Positions 60,497 through 64,000 of a DNA stretch of 64,000 bases are shown here, piece after piece (positions within the stretch are counted from its first letter, which is position 1; the number at the start of each line of letters is the position of its first letter). Below the pieces are notes generated by a model that was not told the DNA's origin, ran no database searches, and saw nothing but the letters and a program-made list of their open reading frames with translations. Origin of the DNA: Isurus oxyrinchus (lineage: Eukaryota). Position numbers and translations under genes: made by a program. The DNA lies in contig JANJGN010000052.1 of NCBI GenBank assembly GCA_026770705.1, positions 2,108,001-2,172,000 on the forward strand. The letters run 5' to 3'.

Positions 60497-62079
60497 CACA
60501 ACATAGCAAAAACATAGGGGCTGGTTCTTATGTCGGCAAATCAGGTGAAGCGCACGCCCCCTAACCCCTTACTCCTCTCATTGCTACACTTACTATTTTA
60601 CAAATTGTGTGCGTTGCTTTTATTTCGGACAAGGGGCCTCGAGGGGGAACTGATTTACGCTGAGGTTTAGGGGTTAACAGCCATGTCATGTGTTGATCGG
60701 TCAGTGTTTACCATGTGGAGACTGTCTGTCACCAGCTTTGTTCATGGTTTATCCAGGAACATTGAAGGGCATGAACGTTCTTGCTTTGTATGGAACAAGT
60801 CACCAACTGGGTTCAGTCATCGACTCAGACTCACATCAACATAAACTGGCTTCTGACAGGTAAGTTTCTATTACATAAGGGTAGGAGGAGGCCATTTGGC
60901 CCCTCGAGCCTGCTCCACCATTCAAAGAGTTCATGGCTGATCTGCAAACTAGCCCCATATGCCTTTGTCCCATCTCCTTTAAGACCTTTGGATAACAAAA
61001 ATCTATCAGTCTCACAGGTTTAAAATGAACAACTTGATCGTGCATCAGTTCCTGTTTGGGGAAGAGAGTTCCAAATTTCTCCCACCCTTTGTACTTCCTA
61101 ATTTAATTCCGTTTTAGGCTCTGACCCCGAGTCCCAGACTCCCCACAACCAGGGGAAATGGTTTCTCTTTATCGCCCCCAATCTGTTCCCCTTATTATCA
61201 TGCAAACTTTCATCAAATCTCCTGCTTAACATTCTAACTTCCAGGGAATACAAGCCGAGTTTGTGTTTAATCTCTCCTTGTGATTTAACCCTTGGAGTCC
61301 CGGTCTCATTCTGGTAAATCGACACTGCTCTCCCTCCGAGGTCAATATATCCTTCCTAAGGTGTGGGGCCCAGAATGTCTCACAGTGACTCCAGGTGTGG
61401 TCTAGCCAGGGCTTTATGTAGACTGAAGCATGACCTCTGCCCCCTTATATTCTAATCCGTGAGATAGAAAGGGCAGAGTTCCAGAATTGTTGTGTTTATT
61501 CGACAACAGAATAACAGAGGAAGGTTTCCTCTCTGCCCTCTTCAGCCCCACTGGGAAGGTCAGGATGAGAAGGTTGGGCTGGGTCCCCTGTACTGGACAC
61601 TCGCTGAATCTTCCAATGATAGTTCTGGGCTGGATTTCAAAACGCATAGACAAGGATTCAGTGTTCCATCACATTCTGCCTTTGTCTCTTTTCCTCTCGT
61701 TCTCTTTCTCTACCATCCTCTCTCTCTATCTATCTATCTTTCTCCTCATTCTCTCCTGCTTCATCTCTATCACTTTCTTTCTACTTCTTTGTGTGTCTCT
61801 GTCTGTCTCTCTCTCTCACTCTTTCTTTCCTTGTCCTTATCTCTTTCAGTGTCTCCCTCTTTCTCTCTCTCTCTCTCTCTCTCTAAATGTGACCCTCTCT
61901 AACAGTTTGGCCCAGTACTCTTATTTCCCTGTTTTACTGGTGTTCCATTTGAAGGTATACAAGACCAGATCAGACCAGAATGTTTATTTTCCAGTGTTTA
62001 CTGTGTTTTTTTCATTCTGGGTGTCTCTCGACTCTGTCTGTCCCTCTCTGTCCTTTTATTTCATTCTTTCATGTGATGT

Positions 62080-62400
62080 GGACATCACTGCTTAGGCCAG
62101 CATTTATTGCCCAACCCTAATTGCCCTTGTTCAGAGGCCACTTTTTAAAAGTCAACCACATTGCTGTGGGTCTGGAGTCACATGTAGGCCAGACCAGGTA
62201 AGGACAGCAGATTTCCCTCCCTAAAGGGCATTTGTGACCCAAATACAAGAATCGGCAATGGTTTCCTGGTCATCATCGGACTTTTAATTCCAGGTTTTTA
62301 TTGAATTGAAATTCCACCAACTGCTGTGGTGGGATTCTAACCAGGGTCCCAGGAGCATTACGCTGGGTCTCTGGATTACTGGTCCAGTGAAAATACCATC
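62080..62400 (-). mobile_element. tRNA-derived SINE (HE1-like); + copies near 50547-50660, 29710-29990, 52900-53200
   Basis: B-box-like gggttcaaatcccacc head; tail shared with the LINE family above. Confidence 0.55.
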
Positions 62401-62554
62401 AGGCCCCCTCCTCCCCACTCTTCCCTTCCACCATCTTTCACACTTGTTCTCTCTCTCTCTCACTCTCCTTCTCTCTGCCCCCTCTCTCAGTCTCTGTCTG
62501 TCTCTCAATCTCTCTATCGCTCTCTATCTCCTGGAGGCTCTCTCTCTGACTGTC

Positions 62555-63290
62555 TCCCTCCCTATATCTGTAACCTCCTCTCTCTGTCCCTTTCCTCCAG
62601 CCCCTACAACCCTCCCTATCTCTGTAACCTCCACCAGCCCCTACAATCCTCCCCATCTCTGTAACCTCCTCCACCTCCCACAACCCTCCCTATATCTGTA
62701 ACCTCCTCCACAAGCCCATACAATCCTCCCTATCCCTGTAACAACCTCCAGCCCGACAACACCCCTATACATGTCACCTCCTCTAGCCACTGTAACCCTA
62801 ATAATCTCCCAAGCCTCCACCAGCCTTGACAATCCTGCCCATCTCTGTAAAATCCTCCAAACACCACAACCCTCCCTATTTCTGTAATCTCTTCCAGTCC
62901 CTACAACCCTCCCTATCTCTACAACCTGCTCCACCCCCTGCAACTCGCCCTATCTCTGTGTCATCCTCCAGCCCCTACAACCCTCCCTATACCTGTAACC
63001 TCCTCCAGCCCCTACAACCCTCCCTATCTCTGGAACAGCTTCCAGCACCTACAACCCTCCCTATCTCTGTAACCTCCTCCAGCCCCTACAACACTCCCTA
63101 TCTCTGTAACCTCCTCCAGCCCCTACAACCCTCCCTATCTCTGTAACCTCCTCCAGCCCCTACAACACTCCTTTTCTCTGTAACCTCCTCCAGCCCCTAC
63201 AACCCTCCCTATCTCTGTAACCTCCTCCAGCCCCTACAACCCTCCCTATCTCTGTAACCTCCTCCAGCCCCTGTAACCCTCCCCATCTCT
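62555..63290. repeat. 37-bp minisatellite, inverted relative to 58550-59920
   Basis: tatctctgtaacctcctccagcccctacaaccctccc. Confidence 0.95.
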
Positions 63291-64000
63291 TGAAGGGTTC
63301 TCAAAATTTCCAACTGTCAAGGAACCCTGGGTTGGTGAGCGTGACCCCTGACCTCTCCTAGTGCAATTTAGTTAGGGATGGGGGGTGGGACAAGGGTAAG
63401 GGCATTAGTAGCGTGATTCTCCCTCGTTATGCCGTGTGTTCCCCATTCTTAACTCAGTGTACTTTGTAAGTCTGTATAATCTCAGTGTCATCCTAATGTT
63501 AGAAGTTCATTTGTGACTTCAGTAAACTCAGTTTTTGTCTTGCACCAAAACCAGTTGTCTGCTGCACTTTGTGACAAGCCCCGAATAAGTCCAAGGTCTA
63601 GAACCCAGGGAGTGGGAGCGATTCAGACGGCTCAGAAGTCGCAGGTGAAGCTGACACACACCACCACACCCTACAAGGGGCTGAATGGCCTCCTCCTGTT
63701 CCTGTGTAATGGGCATCAGTGGCTGAATGGCCTCCTCCTGTTCCTGTATAACGGACATAAGTGGCAGAATGGCCTCCTCCTGTTTCTGTGTAACAGTCTT
63801 GAGGGGGCTGAATGGCCTCCTCCTGTTCCTGTGTAACAGTCTCGAGGGGGCTGAATGGGCCTCTTCCTGTTCCTGTGTAACAGGCTCGAGGGGACTGAAT
63901 GGCCTCCTCCTGTTCCTGTGTAACAGGCTTGAGGGGGCTGAATGGCCTTTTCCTGTATCTGTGTAACAGGCTCAATGGGCTGAATGGCCTCCTTCTGCTC

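Noticed and set aside
63528-63680. Possible second Cys-containing peptide exon on the - strand
   Set aside because: No hepcidin-like Cys pattern in any frame; the acceptor borders a minisatellite

Overview
Repeat-rich vertebrate DNA, most likely from a cartilaginous fish (inferred from the SINE/LINE/satellite content), with five N-gaps. No long ORF in the track is a real gene; the genes are spliced and had to be built by hand. The + strand holds a cluster of three Siglec/MAG-like Ig-superfamily receptor genes. Gene A (5' end outside the window) has C2, MAG-D5-like Ig and TM exons, then TWO tandem cytoplasmic-tail cassettes (ITSM-only versus ITIM+ITSM). Gene B (leader-V-4xC2-TM-tail, about 608 aa) has Tyr in place of the essential sialic-acid-binding Arg and a YxN/ITAM-like tail. 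Gene C is a damaged activating-type gene (Arg-intact V domain, Arg in the TM, short tyrosine-free tail). All three share a nearly identical C2 exon, the pattern of a paired inhibitory/activating receptor system. On the - strand (60213-55347) is a three-exon hepcidin-like gene whose cysteine-rich exon is absent from the ORF track: signal peptide, 57-nt prodomain exon and an 8-Cys peptide (CRFCCHCC-NWRESNET-CGICCIF). It has an atypical N-terminus, an enlarged loop with an N-glycosylation sequon, and TATA, GGCGCC/Smad and C/EBP promoter motifs. Its exon 1 donor is out of frame by one base as assembled. All family assignments come from motif recognition, not database searches; repeat boundaries are approximate.
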